A stretch of DNA of 64,000 nucleotides from Bacteroidota bacterium (GCA_947449315.1 CANFRC010000001.1:237793-301792), one strand, 5' to 3'. Shown: positions 1-10,630, counted from the first letter of the stretch. Program-made: numbers and translations. Notes: generated by a model from the sequence alone, not told the origin.

Positions 1-732
1 GCTGTTCCCCATCATTTTATCGATTCCCATTCTATTAATGACGATTACAATGTTGGAAAATATGAAGCAGAAGCCATTGATTTGCTCGATGAACTCTTCA
101 AAAAAAACGATGTACTAATTTTAGTAGGTGGCTCCGGATTATACATTGATGCTATATGCAAAGGGTTTGATGCATTACCCGAAGCAGATCAAGAAATCAG
201 AAATAGAATCAAAACACTTTTTGAAACACAAGGAATCGAAGGATTACAAAAACTTTTAAAAGAGTTAGATCATACATATTATAACAAAGTAGATCTTCAA
301 AATCCTCAGCGAATTTCTAGAGCATTGGAAGTTTGCCTGACAACAGGAATGTCCTACACAGCTTTACGAGTAGGAAAAATAAAACCACGTAATTTCAAAA
401 TTATTAAGATTGGTTTAAATACATCACGAGAAGTTTTATACAAGCGAATCAATAAACGAGTAGATGAAATGATGCAAAACGGATTGTTAGAAGAAGTGAA
501 CAAATTACGACCGTTCGAACAGCTTAATGCATTGCAAACAGTAGGTTATAAAGAATTATTTGATTATCTGAATAATAAAACAGACCTAAATACTGCTATT
601 GATAGTATCAAACAAAACACAAGAAGATTTGCAAAACGTCAATTAACTTGGTTTCGCAGAGATGAAGAAATAAAGTGGTTTGAGCCAACAGAATTAAATG
701 AAATTGTAAGCTATATAAATTCTAAATGCTAA
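1..732 (+). CDS. miaA: tRNA dimethylallyltransferase (5'-truncated by window edge)
   Basis: Frame open from base 1 (AVPHHFID...); motifs VGGSGLY, NPQRISRALEV, QTVGYKE, KRQLTWF. Confidence 0.92.
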   Translation, partial: AVPHHFIDSHSINDDYNVGKYEAEAIDLLDELFKKNDVLILVGGSGLYIDAICKGFDALPEADQEIRNRIKTLFETQGIEGLQKLLKELDHTYYNKVDLQNPQRISRALEVCLTTGMSYTALRVGKIKPRNFKIIKIGLNTSREVLYKRINKRVDEMMQNGLLEEVNKLRPFEQLNALQTVGYKELFDYLNNKTDLNTAIDSIKQNTRRFAKRQLTWFRRDEEIKWFEPTELNEIVSYINSKC

Positions 733-775
733 CATACTTTCTTTCCTTTTATAGAGAGCGAATTTGTCTGTAGTT

Positions 776-2020
776 ATGAGAGCAACATTAAAAGAATATA
801 CAAAACTCGATAAATCAATTCTCAACTTAATCACTGTTGAGTTTTTTGTACAGCTGATCAATGTCTCTTTTATTGCTATTCTTCCCTTGTATATGAAAAG
901 TGAAGGTTACAGCGACGCGCAATATGCTCACTTTACCTCTTACCGGTATTTCGGAATGCTCGCCTTAGCTTTATTTCTGGGCATGTACATCAAAGGGAGA
1001 AAAATTTTGCCCATGTTTTATGTTTCTGCCATTGGAGTTCCTCTTTTCGCACTTCTGATAATCATCGGTGTACAACTTCATTCCACCAGTATTCTCCTGA
1101 TCTCTCATTTACTTTGGGGAACAGCCTACACGTTTATTCAGATTCCTATTCTCCCTTATATCATGCGAAATGCACCAAAGCATCAGCAAACGCTGGCCAT
1201 CACTTTAAATTTTGCAACGTGGAGCATAGCAACGATCATTGGCAGTTTTATTATTGCTGTATTTAATGGGTTAGATGCGGTTGTCTTTAACGAACATAAT
1301 TTATTATTAGCCATATCTGTATTCTGTTTCTCGGGAGTGTATTTTGTTCTGAGAATAGGAAAGAATGAGCATGTTCCTGTTATGACAGAAAAAAGAAGCA
1401 GCATAAAAAAATACGACTGGACCATCATCCTGAAGGCGCTTGTTCCCACTGCAATTATTGCTACTGGAGCTGGATTCACTATTCCATTCATGAGTCTTTT
1501 CTTTTCAAATGTGCACAATATGAGCACAGCCGTATTTTCTTCCTTGAATCTAGCGACCTCTGTTTTGGTGACCGTCGTTGCTATTTATATTCCAAAAATA
1601 AAAGACAAATACGGTTACGGAAAAACGATTCCTACCACTCAAACATTAGCTATTATGGCATTAATAATTATGGCTACCACACAATATTACAGCCAGATGA
1701 ATTATGCCATTGTGATTGCATCCGTATTTTATTTATTACGCCAACCATTAATGAGTGCGGCTGTTCCTATGACATCAGAGATCACCATGAAATATGTAGG
1801 CGAAGGAAACAGGGAAATGGTGAGCGGGCTAACATCCGCTATCTGGTCGGGCTCCGCGTATTTCAGTGCGGTAGGGTTCGGAATTCTCCGTCACTTGGAT
1901 GTGGAATATGTGAACATTTTCTGGATCACAGCAGCGATGTATTGTGTCGGTGTATTTTTATATACCCTGCTAATTCGTGATTACCACAAAAGAGAAAATG
2001 CTGGATTGATCAACCATTGA
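776..2020 (+). CDS. MFS transporter, substrate unknown (ATG 776; ORF track starts at TTG 764)
   Basis: ~415 aa with about 12 hydrophobic segments in two halves; loop motif KDKYGYGK. Confidence 0.72.
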   Translation: MRATLKEYTKLDKSILNLITVEFFVQLINVSFIAILPLYMKSEGYSDAQYAHFTSYRYFGMLALALFLGMYIKGRKILPMFYVSAIGVPLFALLIIIGVQLHSTSILLISHLLWGTAYTFIQIPILPYIMRNAPKHQQTLAITLNFATWSIATIIGSFIIAVFNGLDAVVFNEHNLLLAISVFCFSGVYFVLRIGKNEHVPVMTEKRSSIKKYDWTIILKALVPTAIIATGAGFTIPFMSLFFSNVHNMSTAVFSSLNLATSVLVTVVAIYIPKIKDKYGYGKTIPTTQTLAIMALIIMATTQYYSQMNYAIVIASVFYLLRQPLMSAAVPMTSEITMKYVGEGNREMVSGLTSAIWSGSAYFSAVGFGILRHLDVEYVNIFWITAAMYCVGVFLYTLLIRDYHKRENAGLINH

Positions 2021-2108
2021 AAATAGCAGTGTTTCATTTATTCTTTAGTCCCAATCGTGTTTTACCAAATGTAATTTTCACAAAATTGAACTATCAGAAT
2101 GCTCATCC

Positions 2109-3083
2109 TTAAAATCCCAACAACCACCCTTTTATTTTCCCATTACTGAATTCAATGGAAGGAGCTGGTATCTTTATAAAACCTACCGAATAAAAAACGG
2201 TCCTCAGGAATTTAGATCTTGTTTTGATCCTCGTCAAATCCACATCCAACGAAAGGTAATATTGTCTGTATCTTTCGAAATACAGTTGTTTACCGCTACT
2301 ATCAAAATAGGGAGGATTTTGTTTGGCACCTGTCATGCCATTGGCTCCATAACCAACAGCAACATTTAGCCATTTTGGGAATTTTGTTTCTTTACACATA
2401 AATGAACTTGGATTAACCGATAACCAATAGGTTTGCCCGTTATAATCCTTAAGCATATTTTCCTGAAAATTATTTCCTAATAAATTAGGACGGTAGTTTG
2501 CAAATTTAGTTGGGCGAAAGGAATATTTTAAAACGATACGTTGTTCATTCCAAGCCAGCTCTTGTCCGATCACTAAAAACGACCCCGTGGTATTTGCTGC
2601 AAAATCACCTAAAGAAAAGCCCCATTCGGAAGAATAACCATCAAGCATTTCGATAGTGCTCTGATAAACAGAACCCAACATCCCTCCATACCAGATTGCT
2701 TTTTTACGTGCTACTCCACTCCACTTTAACAAACGAATTCCAACCCTTCCAATGTAATAAGCTGTGGTAACGTGTCCTAACTTATCCATTTGCATCCATT
2801 CAGAATTATCATTAAAAAAATGAAAGGAAGAACGAGGATAATCTTTATACCAAAGCTCATTCAATCCTACAAGCGAACTACCATATAATGCAGCTTCTGT
2901 TCCGGCCACTAACAACAAACGTCTTTTTATTGTATTTGCTGAAGGTCCTGGAAATTCACAATGCGTAAGTTTTATCGAGTCGCGTGTTGGAATTCTAGAA
3001 GAATCATTCTGAGCAAAAGAATAGTGTGCTGCCCAGGAACTGAGTAAGAAAATTAGTAGATGTCTTGTATTGAATATTTGCAC
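2109..3083 (-). CDS. DUF2279/YfiM-like exported protein
   Basis: Signal peptide ending FAQ; motifs MDKLGH, IEMLDGYSSEWGFSLGDFAAN, LKDYNGQTYWLS. Confidence 0.65.
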   Translation of the reverse strand: MQIFNTRHLLIFLLSSWAAHYSFAQNDSSRIPTRDSIKLTHCEFPGPSANTIKRRLLLVAGTEAALYGSSLVGLNELWYKDYPRSSFHFFNDNSEWMQMDKLGHVTTAYYIGRVGIRLLKWSGVARKKAIWYGGMLGSVYQSTIEMLDGYSSEWGFSLGDFAANTTGSFLVIGQELAWNEQRIVLKYSFRPTKFANYRPNLLGNNFQENMLKDYNGQTYWLSVNPSSFMCKETKFPKWLNVAVGYGANGMTGAKQNPPYFDSSGKQLYFERYRQYYLSLDVDLTRIKTRSKFLRTVFYSVGFIKIPAPSIEFSNGKIKGWLLGF

Positions 3084-3127
3084 GCTTAAAGATAGTAAGA
3101 ATCAGGTTTGAATAATCATTGCATAGT

Positions 3128-4300
3128 TCACTCCTGCTTGAAATAATTTAAAGCCAATAAATCCACAAGATGAACATCTTTATAATAGAAATTTAGGATC
3201 TGCTTATACGTAAAATTTAATTCCGCCATTCGCATAGCTCCTTCCTGACATAATCCAACACCGTGACCATAGCCTTTACCGTTGAATACTATCGTATTTC
3301 CAATTTGATCAATAGAAAAATAGGTTGACTTCAACTGAAAATCGGAACGAATGGTTTTTAAGGGGATTTTTAAATCTTTATCGGTAAAATAAATGGCTCT
3401 TCCATTTGATTGTTCGAAAGATGTTGCATCATTGAATTTAAGACTGTCTTCGATAGGATAGTTATGCTTTAATTGTAAATACGATTTCCAGTCATTAAGC
3501 GGTATCTCACTTCTCCAATGCGCATGTGTCTGGCGAAGACAAAATGTATCTTTCACTGATTTCAAGTAGGAAGTTGAAACAGCCCAAACATCTTGAGAAT
3601 TACATGTTTCTCCGCCACAATTAGAAAAAAATGCGGCTGTAATCAAATTCAAATCATTATCCACCACGACTAATCCTTTCGTTTCATAAACAGCTTTCTT
3701 AACATCTTTGTTTAGTGTTCTATTAAGATACGCCTGACAATGAACATCGTCACAAACCTGAAACCCTTCATATAAGTGACGATTGATATTTCCCAAAAGA
3801 TAGGTCCTACATAAAATGGATTGCAACTTATAATATTCCAAATTGGATCTTTTCCCCGATTCGGATTCCACGACACCACCAATGTATTTTTCAACATCTA
3901 CTTTATTAACCAAAAAGAATTGTTTTCTATCAGGTGCAATAGTCACCATAAGGTTATCTTCATAAGAACGCACCTTACTTTCCGGCTGCACAGATTTTAT
4001 TTTAAAAGCACAATCATTTTGTTTGGCAATCATTTTTACCGAGCCATATTTACCAATCGTTCTTTCAAATGTTTTTAGCTGAATAGAATCGCCATCTATA
4101 TTCATCTGAAAAATACCGGTAACATCAGAATCGGAAATAATTACTCCATCACCGTAAACAGTATAATTTCCTTCTATAGGAGAAAAAATAAAAGAAGTGA
4201 TGACCTTTGTAGAAAGTATACGAACACTGACTTCAACAGCCTTTAGTGGATATATGTAACTAAAAAAAATAAAAAAGAAAAAGAAAACTATTTTTTTCAT
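3128..4300 (-). CDS. SpoIID/LytB domain protein (peptidoglycan lytic enzyme family)
   Basis: N-terminal hydrophobic segment; VDVEKYIGGVVESE, VCDDVHCQAY, FFSNCGGET, GKGYGHGVGLCQEGA. Confidence 0.87.
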   Translation of the reverse strand: MKKIVFFFFFIFFSYIYPLKAVEVSVRILSTKVITSFIFSPIEGNYTVYGDGVIISDSDVTGIFQMNIDGDSIQLKTFERTIGKYGSVKMIAKQNDCAFKIKSVQPESKVRSYEDNLMVTIAPDRKQFFLVNKVDVEKYIGGVVESESGKRSNLEYYKLQSILCRTYLLGNINRHLYEGFQVCDDVHCQAYLNRTLNKDVKKAVYETKGLVVVDNDLNLITAAFFSNCGGETCNSQDVWAVSTSYLKSVKDTFCLRQTHAHWRSEIPLNDWKSYLQLKHNYPIEDSLKFNDATSFEQSNGRAIYFTDKDLKIPLKTIRSDFQLKSTYFSIDQIGNTIVFNGKGYGHGVGLCQEGAMRMAELNFTYKQILNFYYKDVHLVDLLALNYFKQE

Positions 4301-4322
4301 TACCCAACGCGCTAACTATACA

Positions 4323-5423
4323 TTAATTTTTTAAATACCCTATCATCAACGCTGCCGTTTTTTTTGAAGCGCCTGAACCTCCCAATTTTTCTTTTAAAAC
4401 TGAATAATCAGTTAACATTTTTGTTCGGGTAGCAGCAGCTAATAATTTATTTAATTCCAATTTCAAATTCGTTTCATTGAGTTCATTCTGGATCAACTCT
4501 TTCACGATATCCTGGTCCATAATCAGATTCACCAGAGAAATATATTTTACTTTTACGAGTTGTTTAGCTATAGCATAAGAGATGGAACCGCCTTTATAAC
4601 AAACTACTTCAGGGACAGAAAACAATGCAGTTTCTAATGTTGCAGTTCCGGATGTAACAAGCGCAGCAAATGAATTTTGTAAGAGCTGATAGGTTTGTCC
4701 AAATACAATAGGCACGGCCGTATTTCCAATGAATGTTTGGTAATATTCTTTTGTTTGTGATGGAGCCCCTGCAATAATAAACTGGTAATCCGGATAATGA
4801 TTTTTCATGGAAAGCATCATGGGTAGCATGGTTGCAATTTCTTGTTTTCTGCTTCCAGGCAACAATGCTATAATAGGCTTGGTGGATTCTATCGACAATG
4901 TATTTTTCTGTTGCGAATAAGCAGCAACAGCATCCAATAAAGGATGGCCAACAAAATCAACTGAATAATCGAAGCGCTGGTAAAATTCTTTTTCAAAAGG
5001 CAAGATCACAAACATTTTATCTACCACCTTCTTAATTTTATGAACACGAGATTGTTTCCATGCCCATATTTGAGGTGAGATATAGTAGAATACTTTTAGG
5101 CCATTCTCTTTTGCAAACTTAGCTATCCTTAAATTAAACCCAGGATAATCAACAAGAATAAGCACATCGGGTTGATGTTGTAATATATCCTTTTTACAAA
5201 AATCTATATTTTTAAAAATGGTTCGTATATTCATGACTACTTCCGTGAAACCCATAAAAGCAAGATCACGATAATGCTTTACCAATTCAGCACCTTGCGC
5301 TTTCATCAAATCACCACCCCAACATCGGAAATTTGCTTCTGCATCTAGCACATGCAATTCTTTCATCAGATTGGATGCATGAAGGTCGCCGGAAGCTTCG
5401 CCTGCTATGATATAATACTTCAT
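4323..5423 (-). CDS. lpxB: lipid-A-disaccharide synthase
   Basis: AGEASGDLH, DYPGFN, YYISPQIWAW, FVGHPL, LLPGSR, SGTATLE motifs. Confidence 0.96.
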   Translation of the reverse strand: MKYYIIAGEASGDLHASNLMKELHVLDAEANFRCWGGDLMKAQGAELVKHYRDLAFMGFTEVVMNIRTIFKNIDFCKKDILQHQPDVLILVDYPGFNLRIAKFAKENGLKVFYYISPQIWAWKQSRVHKIKKVVDKMFVILPFEKEFYQRFDYSVDFVGHPLLDAVAAYSQQKNTLSIESTKPIIALLPGSRKQEIATMLPMMLSMKNHYPDYQFIIAGAPSQTKEYYQTFIGNTAVPIVFGQTYQLLQNSFAALVTSGTATLETALFSVPEVVCYKGGSISYAIAKQLVKVKYISLVNLIMDQDIVKELIQNELNETNLKLELNKLLAAATRTKMLTDYSVLKEKLGGSGASKKTAALMIGYLKN

Positions 5424-5698
5424 TAAAAGTAAGTGAAGAAGTTAGTAAAGAAACTTAAATAAGCAATGACTGCTGACCATATTAAGGTGGAAACCAAAAC
5501 ACCTTTGGCTATATTAATTTTTTCTCTGTTAAGTGATAAATAAAATGGAAGTAGATTAATGACCATACACAAACTTACATTGACCCTTCTTAATTGAAAT
5601 TCAGAAACAAGCCAATAATAAGCAAGAAATGTAACAAACGGAGCGATGAGTCCTAACAAAATACCTATCCACATTTTATCAAAATTTATGTTCTTCAT
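5423..5698 (-). CDS. small membrane protein (about 3 TM), unknown function
   Basis: 91-aa hydrophobic ORF filling the gap between surE and lpxB; 1-nt stop/start overlap with lpxB. Confidence 0.6.
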   Translation of the reverse strand: MKNINFDKMWIGILLGLIAPFVTFLAYYWLVSEFQLRRVNVSLCMVINLLPFYLSLNREKINIAKGVLVSTLIWSAVIAYLSFFTNFFTYF

Positions 5699-5706
5699 AT
5701 CTTAAA

Positions 5707-6480
5707 TTAGAATTTCCATTTATTAATAATTTTTATTGAAGGATGCGAAGTCATATCAAATTGTGTTGGAACAATAGATACATAATTATGTTCGAGTGCC
5801 CAAATATCTGTATCCTTCTCTCCTTTATCAAAGTTCTCAAACCTCCCCGTTAGCCAAAAATATGGCTTTCCGCTCGGATCTTTTCGCTCATCTAATTCTT
5901 CGATCCAGTTTGCTTTTGCTTGTCGGCATACTTTTATGCCTTTTATCTCATACAATTTTGACTTCGGGATATTTACATTCAGACAAACACCTGCTGGAAG
6001 TCCATTTTTTAATACATTCAAAGCAATCGTTTTAACGATTTTTTTTGAAACAGAAAAGTCGGCTCCTATCGATTCATCCAAAAGTGAAAATCCGATGGAG
6101 GGTATCCCCTCGATTGCTCCTTCAACTGCCGCCGACATTGTTCCGGAATAAATGACATTGATAGAGCTGTTAGCACCATGGTTTATGCCTGAAACACAAA
6201 GATCCGGCTTACGTTGCAAGATTTTATTCACTGCTATTTTAACGCAATCTACTGGAGTTCCGGTACAGCTGTACTCTTCCTTAACATTGTAGATAGTTAC
6301 CTTACTAATTCTCAATGTAGAATTGATTGTGATTGCATGCCCCATTCCTGATTGAGGTTTATCGGGAGCTACAACGATAACATCGCCAATGGTTTTCATC
6401 ACTTCAATTAAAGAAGAGATACCCGGAGCTGTAATTCCATCATCATTGGTAACTAGGATCAATGGTCGTTTTGTTTTCAT
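5707..6480 (-). CDS. surE: 5'/3'-nucleotidase SurE
   Basis: LVTNDDGI, QSGMGHAIT, GTPVDCV, SGINHGAN, YSGTMSAAVEG. Confidence 0.96.
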   Translation of the reverse strand: MKTKRPLILVTNDDGITAPGISSLIEVMKTIGDVIVVAPDKPQSGMGHAITINSTLRISKVTIYNVKEEYSCTGTPVDCVKIAVNKILQRKPDLCVSGINHGANSSINVIYSGTMSAAVEGAIEGIPSIGFSLLDESIGADFSVSKKIVKTIALNVLKNGLPAGVCLNVNIPKSKLYEIKGIKVCRQAKANWIEELDERKDPSGKPYFWLTGRFENFDKGEKDTDIWALEHNYVSIVPTQFDMTSHPSIKIINKWKF

Positions 6481-6485
6481 TGCAC

Positions 6486-6493
6486 CAAAAATA
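6486..6493 (-). promoter_or_regulatory. Bacteroidota sigma-A -7 element (TATTTTTG) for the surE-lpxB operon
   Basis: Exact TAnnTTTG match 5 nt upstream of the surE ATG. Confidence 0.55.
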
Positions 6494-6595
6494 CTGAGTA
6501 ATATCTGATTTCTCCTCTTATTTTAAAACATTGCATTCACATTAAATTGTTGATAAAACCGCTAAAAAAAGGAAACAACAAACATCTGAAGTTTA

Positions 6596-6603
6596 TACTT
6601 TTG
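6596..6603 (+). promoter_or_regulatory. -7 element (TACTTTTG)
   Basis: Exact TAnnTTTG match 7 nt upstream of ATG 6611. Confidence 0.5.
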
Positions 6604-6610
6604 ATGTTAT

Positions 6611-7972
6611 ATGAAAACTATAGCTATTATTGGCGGAGGTTTTAGTGGCACATTAACAGCTATTCGCTTACTTCAAAAGAGTAAAGACATCGCTGTAAAA
6701 ATTATCAATGATAAATTGCCTTTGGCTAAAGGGGTAGCCTATCACACAACCGACCTGCAACATTTATTAAATGTTCCGGCCGGCAAAATGAGTGCATTTA
6801 AAAATGAGCCCAATCATTTTATCAATTGGCTAAAGACAAAAAAGGAATACGCACATTATTTCAATAAAAAAATAGAGACTGAATTTCTTCCCCGAATGAT
6901 CTACGGAGAATATTTACTCTTTGTTATCTCACCCTATCTTGAGAACTCCCAATTGGAGATAATTCATTCTAAAGCGATTGAAATAAAACGAAATGAAAAC
7001 GCATTCTCTGTCCGCATAAAAAACAGCCCTACTATCGAAGCGGATAAGGTCGTCCTTGCTTTCGGTAATTTCCAACCAGCGCCTCCAAAGATTGCTGACC
7101 CATCATTCTTCAATAGCTCTAACTATTTTAATAATCCATGGGAGGATTCTTATTTAAAGAATTTGGATAGTTCTAAAAACATTTTGTTGATTGGAACAGG
7201 ATTAACAATGGTAGATTGCGTATTGAGTCTTAAAAAAACTGGTTTCAAGGGTCATATTTATATCACATCTCCTAGGGGCTACATGCCTGCTTCTCACGAA
7301 GAAACAGTAGCTTATCCAGACTTTTATAATGAAATAGAAAATTCGGATTTGGCAGGTATCTTAAAGACCATTCGAAAACATTTAAAAAATGCGGAAGCAA
7401 AACATATTTCTTGGCAATCTGTAATTGACACATTGCGCCCTTATGCTCAGAAGATATGGATAAGATTCTCTCAAAAAGAAAAACTGCAATTCATTTCTCA
7501 TCTTCGCCATATATGGGGTGTTGCTCGTCACCGACTGCCTAAAGAAACCTATAAAGAAGTAATGGTTTTAAAAGAAAAAGCACAGCTGGAAATTATACCT
7601 GGAAGAATAACATCCATTACAGAAAATTTGAATTCAATCAACGTATCCATTCAATCGCGAAAAAACAAATCAACCATAAATTTGGAAGTGGCTAGCGTTT
7701 TAAATTGTACCGGACCTCTTATAAATTATCTTGAAATAAAGGATGAATTGATTGTGGATCTGATTTCCTCCAACTTAATTGCATCAAACCCTTTAAAAAT
7801 GGGAATAAAAGCCACTACAGACGGAAAAGTGCTTACAGAAGATAACAATATATCACCAGGGATGTTCGCTATAGGCTCCTTACTAAGAGGAGTATTATGG
7901 GAAACAACCGCCGTTCCGGAGTTAAGTTTACAGGCAGAAAGCATCGCAGAACAAATCATTCAAACCATTTAA
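6611..7972 (+). CDS. FAD/NAD(P)-binding oxidoreductase (YdhS-like family)
   Basis: IAIIGGGFSG Rossmann motif; GVAY...LLNVPAGKMS; second LIGTGLTMVD; WETTAVPEL. Confidence 0.8.
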   Translation: MKTIAIIGGGFSGTLTAIRLLQKSKDIAVKIINDKLPLAKGVAYHTTDLQHLLNVPAGKMSAFKNEPNHFINWLKTKKEYAHYFNKKIETEFLPRMIYGEYLLFVISPYLENSQLEIIHSKAIEIKRNENAFSVRIKNSPTIEADKVVLAFGNFQPAPPKIADPSFFNSSNYFNNPWEDSYLKNLDSSKNILLIGTGLTMVDCVLSLKKTGFKGHIYITSPRGYMPASHEETVAYPDFYNEIENSDLAGILKTIRKHLKNAEAKHISWQSVIDTLRPYAQKIWIRFSQKEKLQFISHLRHIWGVARHRLPKETYKEVMVLKEKAQLEIIPGRITSITENLNSINVSIQSRKNKSTINLEVASVLNCTGPLINYLEIKDELIVDLISSNLIASNPLKMGIKATTDGKVLTEDNNISPGMFAIGSLLRGVLWETTAVPELSLQAESIAEQIIQTI

Positions 7973-8015
7973 TAAATTTGTAATTTTACAAGTATCTTTT
8001 TTATAAAAATATTCA

Positions 8016-9242
8016 ATGAAAAACTTTAACGTTCCTGATTTTTATAAAAGTCCGATCATTTCCAAAGTAAAGGAGATCAGAAAAATAAATGATCCCCGAA
8101 AAAAAGACTTCAGCCCTACATTACTCGATTTCGGACCAGTTCGTTTTTACATCTCACGTCATTTCGGTTTTTGCTATGGTGTGGAAAACGCGATAGAGAT
8201 TTCCTACAAAGCTTTAGAAGAAAATCCTGATAAGCAGATTTATTTATTGAGTCAGATGATTCACAACCCTGATGTAAACAATGATCTATTAGCGCGAGGA
8301 GTTAAGTTCCTGATGGACACTGCTGGAAATCAAATCATTCCTTTCGATACACTAAAACCGAATGAAATTGTTATTATTCCTGCATTCGGTACAACTTTAA
8401 AAATTGAATCGGAACTTAATAAGATTGGCATAGAGGTTCATAAGTACAATACAACATGTCCATTCGTAGAAAGAGTTTGGAAGAAATCTGAAAAACTTGG
8501 TGAAGAAAGTTACAGCATTATTATTCATGGAAAATACAATCATGAAGAAACACGAGCTACATTTTCAAGAAGCGAAAAAGCCGCTCCCTCCATCATTGTA
8601 AAAGATATCCAGGAAGCGAAAGTCATAGGTGAATATATTTTGGGTAATATTTCAACAACTGAATTCAATAGCGTTTTTAAAGGAAAGTATTCTGATAATT
8701 TCAACCCAGAGATCCATCTGGAACGCGTAGGTGTCATTAATCAAACAACTATGCTGGCAACAGAAACACAAGAGATTGCTGATTATTTCAAACAAATAAT
8801 GATAAAAAAATATGGTGCTGATGAACTCGTTAAACATTTTTCTGATACGCGCGATACATTATGCTATGCAACAAATGAAAACCAGCAAGCAACTTATGGA
8901 TTATTACAAAGCAATGCTGATATTGCAATTGTTGTAGGAGGTTATAACAGTTCCAACACCTCTCATATTGTTGAATTATGTGAACACAAACTACCTACTT
9001 TTTTTATCTCTTCTGCCACTGAAATTGTTTCAAAAAACAAAATAAACCATTTCGATTATTCAAATCAGAAACATTTGATTTCAAATGATTATTTGCCTAG
9101 CAAAGAAGTAACAGATGTAATTCTTACAAGTGGCGCATCCTGCCCCGATTCAATTGTTGACGAAGTTCTTCAAAAGATCCTTTCCTTTTTTCCTGAAGCT
9201 AAAAAAATTGAAGATGTTTTGAAAAATTTAAAAGTCAATTAA
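8016..9242 (+). CDS. ispH: 4-hydroxy-3-methylbut-2-enyl diphosphate reductase (long form)
   Basis: Three Fe-S cysteines (GFCYGV, TTCPFV, DTLCYAT); HNP, HEET, NQTT, VGGYNSSNT, TSGASCP. Confidence 0.93.
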   Translation: MKNFNVPDFYKSPIISKVKEIRKINDPRKKDFSPTLLDFGPVRFYISRHFGFCYGVENAIEISYKALEENPDKQIYLLSQMIHNPDVNNDLLARGVKFLMDTAGNQIIPFDTLKPNEIVIIPAFGTTLKIESELNKIGIEVHKYNTTCPFVERVWKKSEKLGEESYSIIIHGKYNHEETRATFSRSEKAAPSIIVKDIQEAKVIGEYILGNISTTEFNSVFKGKYSDNFNPEIHLERVGVINQTTMLATETQEIADYFKQIMIKKYGADELVKHFSDTRDTLCYATNENQQATYGLLQSNADIAIVVGGYNSSNTSHIVELCEHKLPTFFISSATEIVSKNKINHFDYSNQKHLISNDYLPSKEVTDVILTSGASCPDSIVDEVLQKILSFFPEAKKIEDVLKNLKVN

Positions 9243-9255
9243 TAAAAAAAATGCT

Positions 9256-9768
9256 ATGGAAAATACAAATGATTTGAATAAATATTTTAATTCGAAAGAA
9301 TACATTACTACGATTGTAGGCGGCAATGCAGAGGATGTAACACTGCCTGTTACAAAAGAAGATAAAATCACAAGCCTTATTTCTCTTTTGACAGAACCCG
9401 CAAACAAAGATGTAAAAGAGGAAACATTACTTACTCTTAAGAAAGAAAAAGGAGGGGATACTCTTTTGCTAGCCATTGCAAGTCCGAAAGCAAAAAATGT
9501 TCGTCATTTGCTTGTGGCAGCCTGTTGGGAATCAGAGATAAATTTCAGTAAATATTTACCCTTCTTTATTCTTCTTGCCCTTGATGAGGATTATTTAATT
9601 TCATTGGAAGCAATAACAGTGATAGAAAACATGGAAGGACCTTTTACAGAAGCAGATGTAACATCTGCAATTAAAAAAGTAAAGGAAGCCAAGAAAAAAA
9701 TAACAACTGAAAAAATTGTTTTATTGAATGACCTGATTGTAACTCTTGAAAATTATATAAAAAAATAA
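9256..9768 (+). CDS. hypothetical alpha-helical protein
   Basis: 170-aa ORF 13 nt after ispH on the same strand; HEAT-like helical pattern; no catalytic motif recognised. Confidence 0.6.
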   Translation: MENTNDLNKYFNSKEYITTIVGGNAEDVTLPVTKEDKITSLISLLTEPANKDVKEETLLTLKKEKGGDTLLLAIASPKAKNVRHLLVAACWESEINFSKYLPFFILLALDEDYLISLEAITVIENMEGPFTEADVTSAIKKVKEAKKKITTEKIVLLNDLIVTLENYIKK

Positions 9769-9772
9769 TCCG

Positions 9773-10615
9773 CTACTTCTTCTTGTAATATTTCATCGCC
9801 TCTGGCAAAAACGCTTTAATATTTGCAATACGAGTTTCATCGCTTGGGTGAGTACTTAATAATTCGGGTGGTTTTTTTCCAACACTCAACTTTGACATCC
9901 GTTCCCAAAAAGCGATGGCTTCAGTTGGATCATAACCTGCTATTGCCATAAATACTAATCCCATTTTATCAGCTTCGCTTTCATGCGTTCGTGAATACTT
10001 CAATATTCCCAATTGGGAAGAAACACCGTATGACTGCATGAAAACATCTTGCGTTAATTGAGGCTTGTTAGAAAGGGCGACAGAAAGAGCCACACCTCCT
10101 GCTTGTACTAATAACCCCTGACTCATACGTTCGTTACCATGACGGGCAACCGCATGCGCTATTTCATGTCCCATTACACACGCTAGTGCAGCTTCTGTCT
10201 GCGTAACAGGTAGCAATCCGGAATACACAACTACTTTCCCTCCTGGCATACACCAAGCATTTACAGTATTCTCATTCACAAGATTAAACTCCCATTTATA
10301 GCCATCTAAACGTGATGAAAGACCTTTCTCTTTCATAAAAGCTTCTACCGCCTTTTGCATATCACCACCAACTTTCTTTACTAGTTTAGCATTAGCATCT
10401 GTTTCAGAAACTGCAGGGTTCTTTGATAAAAAAGCTGAATAGTTTGTCAAACTCATTCCAATCATTTCCGATTCTGGAATCAAACTCACTTGCCTGCGTC
10501 CTGTGATTGGCACTTTTTGACATGCAACAAAAGCTAGTGCAATGATACTTCCTTGTAGTATTATTTTCTTTTTCATAAATATTAAGCAGCTATTAATGAC
10601 TAATCCAAAACGCAA
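9773..10615 (-). CDS. M48 family zinc metallopeptidase, probable lipoprotein (start may be MKKK, 14 codons in)
   Basis: NAWCMPGGKVVVYSGL, HEIAH, ESEAD, LSTHP; lipobox-like FVAC. Confidence 0.9.
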   Translation of the reverse strand: MRFGLVINSCLIFMKKKIILQGSIIALAFVACQKVPITGRRQVSLIPESEMIGMSLTNYSAFLSKNPAVSETDANAKLVKKVGGDMQKAVEAFMKEKGLSSRLDGYKWEFNLVNENTVNAWCMPGGKVVVYSGLLPVTQTEAALACVMGHEIAHAVARHGNERMSQGLLVQAGGVALSVALSNKPQLTQDVFMQSYGVSSQLGILKYSRTHESEADKMGLVFMAIAGYDPTEAIAFWERMSKLSVGKKPPELLSTHPSDETRIANIKAFLPEAMKYYKKK

Positions 10616-10630
10616 AAAAATATTCTTTTA

